64,000 nucleotides of DNA, taken from an uncultured Chloroflexia bacterium (lineage in GTDB: Bacteria; Chloroflexota; Anaerolineae; Anaerolineales; UBA4823). The notes under the pieces are model-generated. The model was given only the letters and a program-made list of their open reading frames with translations, searched no databases and had not been told where the DNA came from. Where the stretch lies: NCBI GenBank assembly GCA_963698765.1, contig CAVOSB010000029.1, forward strand, positions 142,860 to 206,859. Reading direction: 5' to 3'. Position numbers and translations under genes: made by a program. Within the stretch, counting starts at the first letter, position 1, and each line of letters opens with the position of its first letter. Below, one piece after another: positions 34,468 through 44,463 of the stretch.

Positions 34468-36193
34468 AAGCTAACGGCGAGCCATCAGGAACCAGCGCTG
34501 TGAAATACTCGAATTCAACACTCAAACCAGCGGCCTTACCCCAGATTGAGACTCCCACTTCACCCCCGCCTGGAAAAGTCGAATCGCTGGTTGAGCCGAC
34601 TTTGACTCCGTTGATGTAAAAAGTCAGCAGGTCGCCCACGCAAACTGCCGCGAGCTCATTCGGCTTATTCATCAGTTCAGCAGCCGTGGAAGCGCCTGAT
34701 GTAAGAACCGTGTAAGAGTATTTGACCCCATCTACCTTGTATAGATAAATATTCCAATACCCTCCGCTGGTCATGCTGAATTCATAGAATCCAGCATCCG
34801 TTGCCCGGCAAACCAGGCTGATGTTGTTGGAGTTTGGCCCCTCGATCTTCTGAGCCAGGGTCTCGATTCTCACATCCGGGTTGTTCAAATCGAGCTCATA
34901 GAAAGTATAGAGTGTCACTTCTTTTGGCTCGATGAATAAACGCAGCTTACCTCCATCGGTTGTCGCTTGGTAATTTTCACTGTCTGGCACAGTCATCGCG
35001 TACCAGTTATCCGGCGCGTTAAAATCGGTTGAAAAGAATATTTCACCAGGCTGGTTGGCATTTGGATTACCCAGGTCTCCCGCTGCTGGAGTAGCGAGAT
35101 CCTGCGTCGCGCTGGTTCTCGCCAGGGCCGAGCCGTTGAACTGCCCGCTGTACACATCTAGGTTATCCGAACGGATCACCGTTACATCAATTGGCTGGCC
35201 GGGCTGGCTGGAGCGCACGATGGCGCAGTACCCACCCAGGGTGCCGTCGTTTAATGTCTCCCCCCCAAGATGGGTAATGATGTCACCCGGACGGAGACCG
35301 GTCAGGTCTGCTGGAGAACCCGCTTTGATTGATCGCACCCACACCCCAACCACTTCACTGCCCTGCAGTTGCCCCTGAACACCGATCCCATTTATTCCCA
35401 GGGAGTTGACGTCGGTACCGCCCCGCAGCTGTTCGATGATCGGTCGCGCTTCATCCCGGGAGACAGCATAATTCTGATCCAGGTTCGAATTGAACCCGAA
35501 ATTTACACCCACTACCCGCGCCTCGCCTGTCACCAATGGCCCGCCGGAATTTCCGGGATTGATTCGGGCCGTGTGCTCGATGATATTATCAACCGAAGCC
35601 ACGGGCCAGTTCACACTGCCCTGCGGCTTGGATACAATGCCTTTGGTCAGGGAGTAACCGATGCCCGCACCGCTGATCGGAAATCCAGCCGTATAAACAT
35701 CCAGGCCGGCTTTTATTTCCTCTTCATACCAATCCAGGAATTTAAATCCATCTCCATCAATGTCGATCACTGCCAGGTCAGAACACTCGGACGTACCCAG
35801 CACAACCGCGCTGCGTGCTTCGGTCTCACCGGAAATCCATACCCGCAGTAGGCTTGCGCCGGCTACTACATGGTTATTGGTGACCGCGACGCCTGTAGGG
35901 TCGATGATAAAGCCAGTTCCCGATCCTTCTACGTCCACCTTTAACCCTTCGGAAGGTTCTCGGTACGTGCCTTCAGTTTCGATGTGGACCACGGCTCTTT
36001 CCAGATCATCGAGGCTCCCAACCGCACCCTCAACAGCAGTGGCAGAGGCATCCACGGTCGTCGTGACCAGCAGTTCGGGAGTCTTTTCGACCAGCAGATT
36101 CACTGCATTACACGCCAGGACGGCTGGTACTAATAGCCAAACCAGAATGACGGGTATTCGCTTACGAATATGAATCGACAGCTCAGTTTCCAT
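34454..36193 (-). CDS. HtrA-like S1C serine protease lipoprotein with PDZ and a C-terminal ConA-like domain
   Basis: Lipobox LAC, GTGFII, TNNHVV, DLAV, INPGNSGGPL, GSPADLTGLRPGDII. Confidence 0.9.
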   Translation of the reverse strand: METELSIHIRKRIPVILVWLLVPAVLACNAVNLLVEKTPELLVTTTVDASATAVEGAVGSLDDLERAVVHIETEGTYREPSEGLKVDVEGSGTGFIIDPTGVAVTNNHVVAGASLLRVWISGETEARSAVVLGTSECSDLAVIDIDGDGFKFLDWYEEEIKAGLDVYTAGFPISGAGIGYSLTKGIVSKPQGSVNWPVASVDNIIEHTARINPGNSGGPLVTGEARVVGVNFGFNSNLDQNYAVSRDEARPIIEQLRGGTDVNSLGINGIGVQGQLQGSEVVGVWVRSIKAGSPADLTGLRPGDIITHLGGETLNDGTLGGYCAIVRSSQPGQPIDVTVIRSDNLDVYSGQFNGSALARTSATQDLATPAAGDLGNPNANQPGEIFFSTDFNAPDNWYAMTVPDSENYQATTDGGKLRLFIEPKEVTLYTFYELDLNNPDVRIETLAQKIEGPNSNNISLVCRATDAGFYEFSMTSGGYWNIYLYKVDGVKYSYTVLTSGASTAAELMNKPNELAAVCVGDLLTFYINGVKVGSTSDSTFPGGGEVGVSIWGKAAGLSVEFEYFTALVPDGSPLAFNPQ

Positions 36194-36326
36194 TTCTGAT
36201 GCTAACCAGGTAATTGATTCAAAGTATACATTATTAGTCCTGATACTGTATTTTTAAAAAAGAACAGGCCGCATACATGCGGAAGGTCCCGCTTTACTGC
36301 AGCCTGTCTGTTGGATTTTTTGTTCT

Positions 36327-37179
36327 TTACGGTACGCTTAAGATATACTGCAGGAAATCCACCACAACAGGGATGACAGAAGTGGTCGAGACGGACAGGC
36401 CAACCTGGCCTTCAGGCAAATAGCGGTATTCACCCGTGCGCAGTGGGATGCTTACCGCTTCAGTTCCATTTATGAAAATGCTTAGCTGGTCGGATTGGCA
36501 GATCACCGTATAATTATTGACCTTCTTCCCGGTGAGTATAGATCTGCTGGCACCTTTATGCATGGTGGATAACTGGTTACCCCCATTTTCCCCGGTTGAG
36601 TAATATACAAAATACTCTCCGGTATTCAAAATATTCGTCTCATACCAGCCGTTTTCACTGTAGCGGCAGATTATTCCAACAAAATTTGTATTCGAAGCGC
36701 GGTTTTCCACCTGCAAGTCAATCTGGATATCTGAAAAGTTGCCGCCTTCGAACATGTAATACAACCAGGTGTCCTGGGCATTGATTTCTGAGCGCCAGCG
36801 GTTGTCGAAAACCTCGAAGTTTACATCTGCTTCATCGCCTTTCAACAGGAAATGGCTCCAGTTGTCCAGGTTCTCCATTGTTTCGGAATAATAAATATCT
36901 CCCGAGCTGGAAGCATCTGGATTCAGTACGCTCTCCCTGCGGAGACTGTGCTTCAGTCGCCTGGGTAATTGGAGCTCCGATTGCAGTCGGCGCAATTGTG
37001 GGAGGAGGAGGCAGGGTAGGTGGTGGTGGGATCGGGGTGTCCGTCGGAGGGGCTTGTGTGGGAGAAGGTGTAGGAGTAGGATCCGAAAGTGAGAAGGAAA
37101 AATTGCATGCCAGGCTCATACCGATCAGGATCATGAGTAGTATCGGCAAGATTTTCGTTGGCTTGTTCATTTCAGTCAC
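36327..37179 (-). CDS. Lipoprotein with P/T-rich linker and ConA-like domain (indel near 36935)
   Basis: SLAC lipobox, PTPTPSPT linker; C-terminal ORF GIICRY...IFING...GQVGL. Confidence 0.72.
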
Positions 37180-37200
37180 CCTTTCTTAGGTTGAGTATTA

Positions 37201-37710
37201 TTAACCAGGTTGCTTAGAACGAAATAATATCTTTTGTGTGGTATTAAATGCCAGCGGAGGCAGCGCCTGGCGTGAGAAGAACCCGATCTGATCGACATCA
37301 TCGCCGGCCACCGCTTCCCCTGCCACGATTTCAGCCTGGTAGACAATCAGGATGTGAGCACCCCTCGCATGCTCCTGTCCAAATAATACATCAACCAGGC
37401 GGGTAATTTGAACCCGATAGCCCGTTTCTTCCAGGCATTCACGCACCACGGCATCAGCCGGGTTCTCACCCGCATCGATGAAGCCCGCAGGAAGCGTCCA
37501 TAACCCGCGCATCGGATCGTTAGCCCTGCGCACCAGCAAGATTCTTCCGTCAGTTTCGATCAACGCCGCTGCGGCTACCTTGGGATCTGCGAAAAAAACC
37601 CAGTCACAGGCAGGGCAAACCGGACGCAGGTTTCCGAACCTCTCGGCTTGAATCACCTCCGTCCCGCATCGGGGGCAGAAGTTAATTTCTCCCAACAGCA
37701 GGGCACACAT
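37201..37710 (-). CDS. NUDIX hydrolase with N-terminal zinc ribbon
   Basis: FCPRCG...CPAC; GFIDAGENPADAVVRECLEETG. Confidence 0.9.
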   Translation of the reverse strand: MCALLLGEINFCPRCGTEVIQAERFGNLRPVCPACDWVFFADPKVAAAALIETDGRILLVRRANDPMRGLWTLPAGFIDAGENPADAVVRECLEETGYRVQITRLVDVLFGQEHARGAHILIVYQAEIVAGEAVAGDDVDQIGFFSRQALPPLAFNTTQKILFRSKQPG

Positions 37711-37737
37711 CTTATAAAATTTTTCTGATTTTACCAG

Positions 37738-38508
37738 TTAGCGTGTGGATTGGCGTAAATAAACCGCAAGTACGCCGGTGGTTATCGCCAGGATTGCCAG
37801 TATGATCTGCAATCCTCCAATCAAAGTGATCGTTGATGCTTTCGTCTGCGCACCGTCAATTTCATCAGATTCCGCCTCCAGGGGTTGTCCCGCCTCGGGA
37901 GCTTTGCGCAGAGACTCTACTGGTGGTTGGGGAGTCGGAGTCGGGTTGGGAACCGCTGCTTTCAGCTCGCTCTCCGTACCGGCCGGCAGAGGCTCTACTT
38001 GCAGCACATCTGCCGCCATATCGCTTACCTCTGATGTGATCTGTTCTTCTACCTGCAGCGCTTCAGGGACTGATAGGCTTTCTTCGGATTCTGAACCGCC
38101 ACCTCCACCACCACCGCCTCCCATACCGAAAGCGGGCTGTTGGGCAAATGTTTGGGAGACTTGCACCGGCTGCATCCGGTTCGCTAACAGATTCCCCACT
38201 GATATCACTACCAGGAAAATGGTTGCCAGAACCGAAGCCAGTCTCATGACTCGGAAAACTGGCGCAGCCTGGCTTCTGCCTTTATCCATTCCCGCCATTA
38301 CGGGTGTGAGGGTGAAATTACGCGGAGCGCGCTGGATGGGTTGGCTTCTTAATACGGCTTGGACCTGCTGTAATGATTCTAAAGAAAGACGCAGATTTTC
38401 ATCTTCTCGAACCCGGTCCTCAAGCAGCTTCTTCTCTTTATCCTTAAGTTCACCATCCAGGTAAGCTGATAAGAATTCCCAATCGCGGGGGGTAATTGGA
38501 GTCGTCAT
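37738..38508 (-). CDS. Anti-sigma factor-like membrane protein
   Basis: LSAYLDGEL N-terminus, APRNFTLT, TM helix, acidic region, C-terminal TM; follows an ECF sigma. Confidence 0.75.
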   Translation of the reverse strand: MTTPITPRDWEFLSAYLDGELKDKEKKLLEDRVREDENLRLSLESLQQVQAVLRSQPIQRAPRNFTLTPVMAGMDKGRSQAAPVFRVMRLASVLATIFLVVISVGNLLANRMQPVQVSQTFAQQPAFGMGGGGGGGGGSESEESLSVPEALQVEEQITSEVSDMAADVLQVEPLPAGTESELKAAVPNPTPTPQPPVESLRKAPEAGQPLEAESDEIDGAQTKASTITLIGGLQIILAILAITTGVLAVYLRQSTR

Positions 38509-39114
38509 ACTTTACTCTCCCCCATCAGACGTATTGAGGCTGGTAAAAGTTCCCTGTGCTGCTGCAGGCAATCCCGCATGCGGACCCTGGCGCGCGCCAA
38601 TCGGCTTTTTACCGTGCCGACTGGTGTTCGAATCACGCTGGCTGCTTCCGCGTAATCCATTTCCTGGATATCGACCAGGATAACTACTTCCCGGAATTCG
38701 ATCGGCAGGTTGCCTAAACACAGTTGGATAGCGTTCGACAGCTCATTTCGTTCGATCGCCTCTTCTGGCCTCTCTCCCGGATCAGAGAGCCAGCTGGGAG
38801 ATTCGACTTCCTCGTCGTTATCATCCAGGGGCTCGAGCGGCGAAGTCGGTCGGCGTTTACGCCGGCGGAGTTCGTCGTAGCAGATATTCGTAATTATCCG
38901 TAATAACCAGGCTTTAAAAGAACCTCCCCTGTATGTTGACAGGTGCCTGAATGCCGAAATGAACGCGTCCTGGGTCGCGTCTTTCTGCCGAGTTTTTATC
39001 TCCCATAATCCGGTATGCCTGGTTGTACAGAATATCCTGGTATGCCAGCACCAGGCGGTTAAAGGCTTCAAGATCGCCTCGACTGGCATCCAGTATCAAG
39101 GCATTCTCATCCAT
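38505..39114 (-). CDS. ECF sigma-70 factor (indel near 38985)
   Basis: GDLEAFNRLV, DATQDAF, FKAWLLRIITNICYD, GTVKSRLARAR. Confidence 0.9.
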
Positions 39115-39547
39115 TTTCTCTTCGCCTTATCTGCCCGATTAAAAAATAAATACTCCGCCAGAAAAGTAAACCCAGAGCGCTGAAGCCCCCCAGGACGACC
39201 ACAAATATTGGCAGAATCGGGGCATTCAACCATGCTCCACGCAGCCATGCGGCCATCGGACCTGCAATCACCATCGCCCAGAACGGCCGCCATAAATTCC
39301 GGTAATTTTTTACGCCTTGAAGATCGAAGGCACCCAGGTGAGGCGCAACCAGGAGCCAGGCAATTACCAGCGGAATAAAAGTCGATAACATTCGCATCCC
39401 GGCAGTGCCGAATGTCCCGTGGGTCGCGAAACCGAAGACCGTAACCAGGCCCAATGTGACCACATCACCCACCAGGAGGATAACAGTTTGGCCCAGATCT
39501 CTCTTCGAGACGTTATCCTGATAGGACGTAGTGATCGCAGGATCCAT
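39107..39547 (-). CDS. DUF3054-like membrane protein
   Basis: GDVV...FGFATHG, PLVIAW, WLRG, 4 TM segments. Confidence 0.7.
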   Translation of the reverse strand: MDPAITTSYQDNVSKRDLGQTVILLVGDVVTLGLVTVFGFATHGTFGTAGMRMLSTFIPLVIAWLLVAPHLGAFDLQGVKNYRNLWRPFWAMVIAGPMAAWLRGAWLNAPILPIFVVVLGGFSALGLLFWRSIYFLIGQIRRRENG

Positions 39548-39742
39548 TTTCCCTCATTGCGGCTAGGATGGTATTATCAAATCCAGGGCCAGGATGGTCT
39601 TGCAGTTTTTGGGAGGATTTTTTCATATGCAAGTGACAATCGATTTTCCGTCTATCCTAACTCAAACCTGCCAATGGGGCAAGTGCAGCGGCTCGTCCCA
39701 CATCGCTGGACTTCTTTATCGAGATCTCCCGGGAACTGGGGT

Positions 39743-40618
39743 TCACATCCGGCTATACAGGTATCTTGACAACCTGCGGTTCCAGCGAGCAGCTTGCTTC
39801 AATTCTGGCAGGACTGCTGTCAGGGCTTTTTCTCCCAGTTGGACGACTTCATCTACATCCACCCGGTCAAAAAGCCCGATATCCGATACTTCTGGCCGTA
39901 GAATGACATCGGGTTTATCGATTTGTAATCGCAGTTCGGTTGTGTAGCTGCCGCTAACTTCCATTGAATGGATGAAAATATTCAATGCCTGTGCCAGGCG
40001 CAGTCCTGAGAATTTATTCACCAGGGGAATGTTCTGAAAGATGCGCGGCGGCCCGAGTGTCTCTCTGGGCTCCGAAGGCACTGTATTTAGAACCACAGCC
40101 ACTACGGGTAAATTTGGCGCCAATGCCCTGGCGGGTGCCACGGGTACCGGATTCAGCACCCCGCCATCCACCAGGAATAAACCATCCTTCTCCACTGGGG
40201 GTAAGATACCAGGCAAGGCAATTGTCGCCATCACGGCCTCTGCTACACAACCGTCTTTGAGGACGACCTCTTTCCCACTGCGCAGGTCTACAGACACCAG
40301 CGCAGCCGGTATCTTCAGATCCGAGAATTTGCGTTCTCCGATCATTTCAGAAACCACTTTTCTCACTCCAGCCGCACCGAGCAGCGATGGTTGGTCACCA
40401 GGGACATGGCGGTACATTTGAGAAAAATCGAGCTTCTTAAAGCGCTCCAGGATCTCGTCGGGGCTGTATCCCGCCGCAAATAACGCCGCCACAATCCCCC
40501 CGGCGCTCGTTCCAGCGACCGCCGCAACCCGGATACCTTCTCGTTCCAGGCAGCGCAGTACCCCAATATGAGCTATTCCTTTAGCCCCACCTCCACCGAG
40601 CGCCAGGCTGATTTCCAT
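39743..40618 (-). CDS. Patatin-like phospholipase
   Basis: GGGGAKG, GTSAG, DGG. Confidence 0.92.
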   Translation of the reverse strand: MEISLALGGGGAKGIAHIGVLRCLEREGIRVAAVAGTSAGGIVAALFAAGYSPDEILERFKKLDFSQMYRHVPGDQPSLLGAAGVRKVVSEMIGERKFSDLKIPAALVSVDLRSGKEVVLKDGCVAEAVMATIALPGILPPVEKDGLFLVDGGVLNPVPVAPARALAPNLPVVAVVLNTVPSEPRETLGPPRIFQNIPLVNKFSGLRLAQALNIFIHSMEVSGSYTTELRLQIDKPDVILRPEVSDIGLFDRVDVDEVVQLGEKALTAVLPELKQAARWNRRLSRYLYSRM

Positions 40619-40659
40619 GTTTATATCGTTTATATCCTGTTACCCGAGACGTTAAGAAA

Positions 40660-41167
40660 TCAGGATGAGCCTTCAACTTCCCTTGATAGCTGCTCAGCGA
40701 TCTCAGCTTTTAGTGCGCCTTTGAATAAATCCGCCCCGAATTCTTCCATCTCTGCAGCTACGCGCTCGACCCATTCGTGCTGGATCAGAGCCAGGATCGC
40801 TGATGAATTCGGCATCAGGGTCTGTTTTAATTCGTGCAGAGTTCTCATCAGGAAAACCCATATCGATCCTGTCAGCAGCCACTCCTCCAGTCGCCGCCCC
40901 GGCCGCTGCTCCCACGATCACCCCCGCAGGACCGCCCAGCAGGCCGATCAGTCCACCGACGATCGCACCGAATATTGCTCCTTGTCCGGCATGAATATCC
41001 TGTGTCTCATGAATTGAGACTATCCCGTGATCATCCTTTTTCAACACGGCGGCATTCAGCAAGCGGATCACGCCTTCTTTTTCCAGCTCCTTCAGAGATT
41101 TTAATGCCAGGTCTGCTTTCTGTGAATTTTTGAAAGCAGCCACGATTAGTTCCACTGGTGCACTCAT
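40660..41167 (-). CDS. DUF1269-like glycine-zipper membrane protein (indel near 40845)
   Basis: AAVLKKDDHG, GAIFGAIVGGLIGLLGGPAG, PNSSAILAL. Confidence 0.78.
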
Positions 41168-41354
41168 TTCGATCTCCCGAATTATTTTATGACATTTGCA
41201 GCCAGGCTCTGTCTGGAAACCAGAGGCTGTGATTAGTATACGAATTCTACCCCAGGAAGTTTTGAAAGATCATCATTGTCTGCCTTCGATCCTGATTCAA
41301 ATTTCTTGGCGCGGTATACTATCCATCATATCACCCGGGTTTTAGGCTTCAGAG

Positions 41355-42626
41355 ATGAGCACTCCCCAGGAGAACACCACCAAAAAAACGCGCTGGTTGT
41401 CGCGCAACGTTTGGGCAGTCAGCCTGACCAGCTTATTCATGGATATCTCCAGTGAAATGGTGTTCAACCTCCTTCCACTTTACCTTTCAAATGTCCTGGG
41501 TGTAAGAACAAATGTCATCGGTTTCATCGAAGGCCTTGCCGAAGCCACAGCCAGCTTATTGAAACTTATTTCCGGCTGGGTCTCGGATAAGATCGGGCAG
41601 CGCAAGTGGCTGGCAGTCGCCGGCTACGGGCTTTCCGCCCTGGTCAAACCCCTCTTCTATTTTGCCGACAGCTGGATGGTCGTCGCTGGAGCCCGTTGGG
41701 CAGACCGTGTCGGTAAAGGAATTCGAACGGCACCCAGGGATGCTTTGGTAGCCGATTTATCAGATGCACACAACCGCGGGTTGGCTTTTGGTTTCCATCG
41801 GGCAGCCGACACGGCGGGTGCCGTGCTGGGCCTGTTGATCGCCTGGTGGGTGGTCAGGGAATTTCAGGCAGATTCTGGAACTTTACAGCTGGACACATTT
41901 CAGGCTATAGTGCTCGTCAGCCTGGTCCCGGCAGTTTTGGCAGTAATCACCCTGGCCGTGGGAGCCAGGGATGTGCCAGTTTCTGGCAGTAAAAAATTTC
42001 CGCGCCTGGCTTTGAAATCACTGGGAAAACCCTTTTTCGCGTTCATGGTCATCGTAGGTATCTTCGAGTTAGGTAACTCTTCAGATGCCTTTCTGGTTCT
42101 GCGCGCCCAGGAACGCGGTCTGAGTATCAGCGGGATTATGTCCATGTTGGTTGCTTTCAATCTGGTGTATGCGCTGGTCTCCACCCCGGCTGGACGACTG
42201 TCGGACCGTATTGGGCGCCGGCGGTTGATTGCCGGTGGCTGGCTGATATTCGCAGGGGTGTACCTTGGATTTGGATTGGCCCGCACCGCCTGGCAAATCT
42301 GGACATTGTACGTCATCTATGGGTTGTATTACGCCCTGTCTTACGGCACTTCAAAGGCTTTGATTGCCGACCTGGTGCCAGAAGAGCTGCGTGGTACCGC
42401 TTTCGGTTCGTACAACGCGATCATTGGAATTATGGATTTCCCGGCTTCATTGATCGCTGGAATACTGTGGCAAGGCGCTGGAGCGTGGGCTGGCTTTGGC
42501 GCAATGGCGCCGTTTCTATTTTCATCAATACTGGCAGCTCTCGCTGTAGCACTGCTCACTTTTTGGCTGCCCACAGTAAGAATGCGGGTTGGGACGAATC
42601 CCGTTTCGGCCCAATCTGGAAACTAA
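41355..42626 (+). CDS. MFS transporter
   Basis: GWVSDKIGQRK, GRLSDRIGRR, about 12 TM segments. Confidence 0.92.
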   Translation: MSTPQENTTKKTRWLSRNVWAVSLTSLFMDISSEMVFNLLPLYLSNVLGVRTNVIGFIEGLAEATASLLKLISGWVSDKIGQRKWLAVAGYGLSALVKPLFYFADSWMVVAGARWADRVGKGIRTAPRDALVADLSDAHNRGLAFGFHRAADTAGAVLGLLIAWWVVREFQADSGTLQLDTFQAIVLVSLVPAVLAVITLAVGARDVPVSGSKKFPRLALKSLGKPFFAFMVIVGIFELGNSSDAFLVLRAQERGLSISGIMSMLVAFNLVYALVSTPAGRLSDRIGRRRLIAGGWLIFAGVYLGFGLARTAWQIWTLYVIYGLYYALSYGTSKALIADLVPEELRGTAFGSYNAIIGIMDFPASLIAGILWQGAGAWAGFGAMAPFLFSSILAALAVALLTFWLPTVRMRVGTNPVSAQSGN

Positions 42627-42724
42627 GGCGGCTATGCGCTGTTGAATTGCTCTGGAATTTTCTTTCCTTCATTTCATTTCTGTCTAAAACTCCATTCCTG
42701 GTTTTATGTTATAGTCGAAAGCCC

Positions 42725-44055
42725 ATGTCAATGAATATACGGGTTTTTATCCTCTTTCTTCTCATTACGCTGCTATCCAGTGCCTGTGCTCAAAACCTGG
42801 GTGGTACAGGAACTGCTGTCAGCACGATTTCAAACCCCGCGCTCGCCGAGTCTCCTACTTCAGCGATCACTGACTCTCCTTCCCCTACCATCACGCCCTC
42901 TCCATCAGCCACACTCACCGCTTCTCCCTCACCTACCAGCACACCTGCCCTGGTATCTACGTTTACACCCCCTCCCACTCTGACTCTTCCTCCTCCCCTG
43001 GCAGCCAGGAAAATCTACCCTTCCTGCCATCCGGTCGAAGTGCCTTTCGATCCCTTCTCCTTTCCGGAACCGCCTGCCTCCCCAATCCCGTTCCCCTCCC
43101 TGCGCTCTCTGGCATCTGCACGCGGGCTGTGGTTAGGCACAGCCGTCGATGGGGGTCACTTATTTGACGCTCCTTATGCCGAGTTGATACGCAGCCAATT
43201 CAACCTGCTTACCCCGGAAAACGCCATGAAATGGCAGCGATTGCAGCCGCAAAGGGGTGTCTACGATTTCCGTGAAGCGGATGCTCTGGTTGCATTTGCC
43301 GAGCAGAATGGGATGGCAGTTTACGGACATCCTTTAGTCTGGCATCTGCAGCTGCCTGACTGGGTACTGCAGGGTAAATATTCCCGCGAAAATCTGGATT
43401 TAGATTTTATGTTCGCATGTAAAAACTGTTGTCAATCATTACCGCGGCAGGATCCTGGTCTGGAACGTGGTGAATGAGGCCATGGCGAACGAAGGTTACT
43501 TATATGACAATATCTGGCTGACTTCGGATCGGTCCAGAATATATCGATATGGCCTTTCAATGGGCGCACGAAGCCGATCCACAGGCAATCCTGGCATATA
43601 ATGACCATTCTGCCGAGGGGCTTAATCCAAAATCAAACGCCATCTACTCCATGGTTAAAACCATGGTCGAAAACGGCGTCCCAATCCACGCAGTTGGCCT
43701 GCAGATGCATATCAGTCTGATCAACCCACCCTCCCACCAGGACCTCACAGCGAACATGCACAGATTGGCTAATTTGGGTTTGCAGGCTCATATCACCGAG
43801 ATGGACGTTCGCATCCAATACGGCAAAGGTACTCGGGATGAAAAGCTGGCGTTGCAGGCAGAGATTTACCGAGACATTTTATCCGTCTGCCTGGAACAAC
43901 CAAACTGCCGTTTCTTTTCCACCTGGGGTGCATCCGACCAGCATTCGTGGATTCCCGGTATCACCGGGCGTCCGGACGCGCCCTTGCTTTTTGATGAGCA
44001 GGGACAGGCCAAACCAGCCTACAAGGCTCTCATCGAACTCCTGAGCCAGCCGTGA
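42725..44055 (+). CDS. GH10 endo-1,4-beta-xylanase lipoprotein (indels at 43390-43530)
   Basis: Lipobox SSAC, S/P/T linker, TPENAMKW, GHPLVW, WNVVNE (alternative frame), YND, GLQMH, ITEMD. Confidence 0.88.
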
Positions 44056-44133
44056 AATCCTACGGCTTATAAAGTAAAACTATCTAATTTATCGCAATAT
44101 ATTATGCGGTTGTAATCTCTTAAGTAATTACCG

Positions 44134-44163
44134 TTGACACATCCGCCCTGTTTTGTTAAAAAT
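44134..44163 (+). promoter_or_regulatory. Sigma70-type promoter upstream of the Hdr cluster
   Basis: TTGACA-N17-TAAAAA(T) with TG extension. Confidence 0.55.
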
Positions 44164-44215
44164 AGATCATTCTTATTGGTAATTCATTTTAAGCGCAGAA
44201 ATTTCCGGTCTGCTG

Positions 44216-44362
44216 GCTGCTGCCAGCCTCTCACGACAACTGAAAGGGCCACCCAGGGAGCTTCCTAGTCGCTCGCCTCTCGAGGTCACGCGAGGCAGCG
44301 GCAGTGATTTGCTCGTTTATTACTTATACTGCGTGTGTCCTGTCGATTTAAAGGGCAGCAGC
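44216..44362 (+). ncRNA. Candidate structured leader or small RNA (family unassigned)
   Basis: Nested stems GCTGCTGCC/GGCAGCAGC, CGACA/TGTCG, GTCGCT-GCCTC/GAGGC-AGCGGC between promoter and terminator. Confidence 0.4.
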
Positions 44363-44377
44363 TTTATCAATATCGAA

Positions 44378-44412
44378 AAGCGCCCTCCTGCGATTGACAG
44401 GAGGGCGTTTCA
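44378..44412 (+). terminator. Intrinsic terminator-like hairpin upstream of hdrA
   Basis: 10-bp stem CGCCCTCCTG/CAGGAGGGCG flanked by AAAAG and TTTC. Confidence 0.6.
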
Positions 44413-44463
44413 GGTTTATACGCCCGCCAATCTAAAAGAGGCTAAAGGTTGTCCAGTTGATTT

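Noticed and set aside
36960-38125. Low-complexity GGT/CCA-type runs as DNA repeats
   Set aside because: They encode Pro/Thr linkers and a poly-Gly tract within ordinary proteins.
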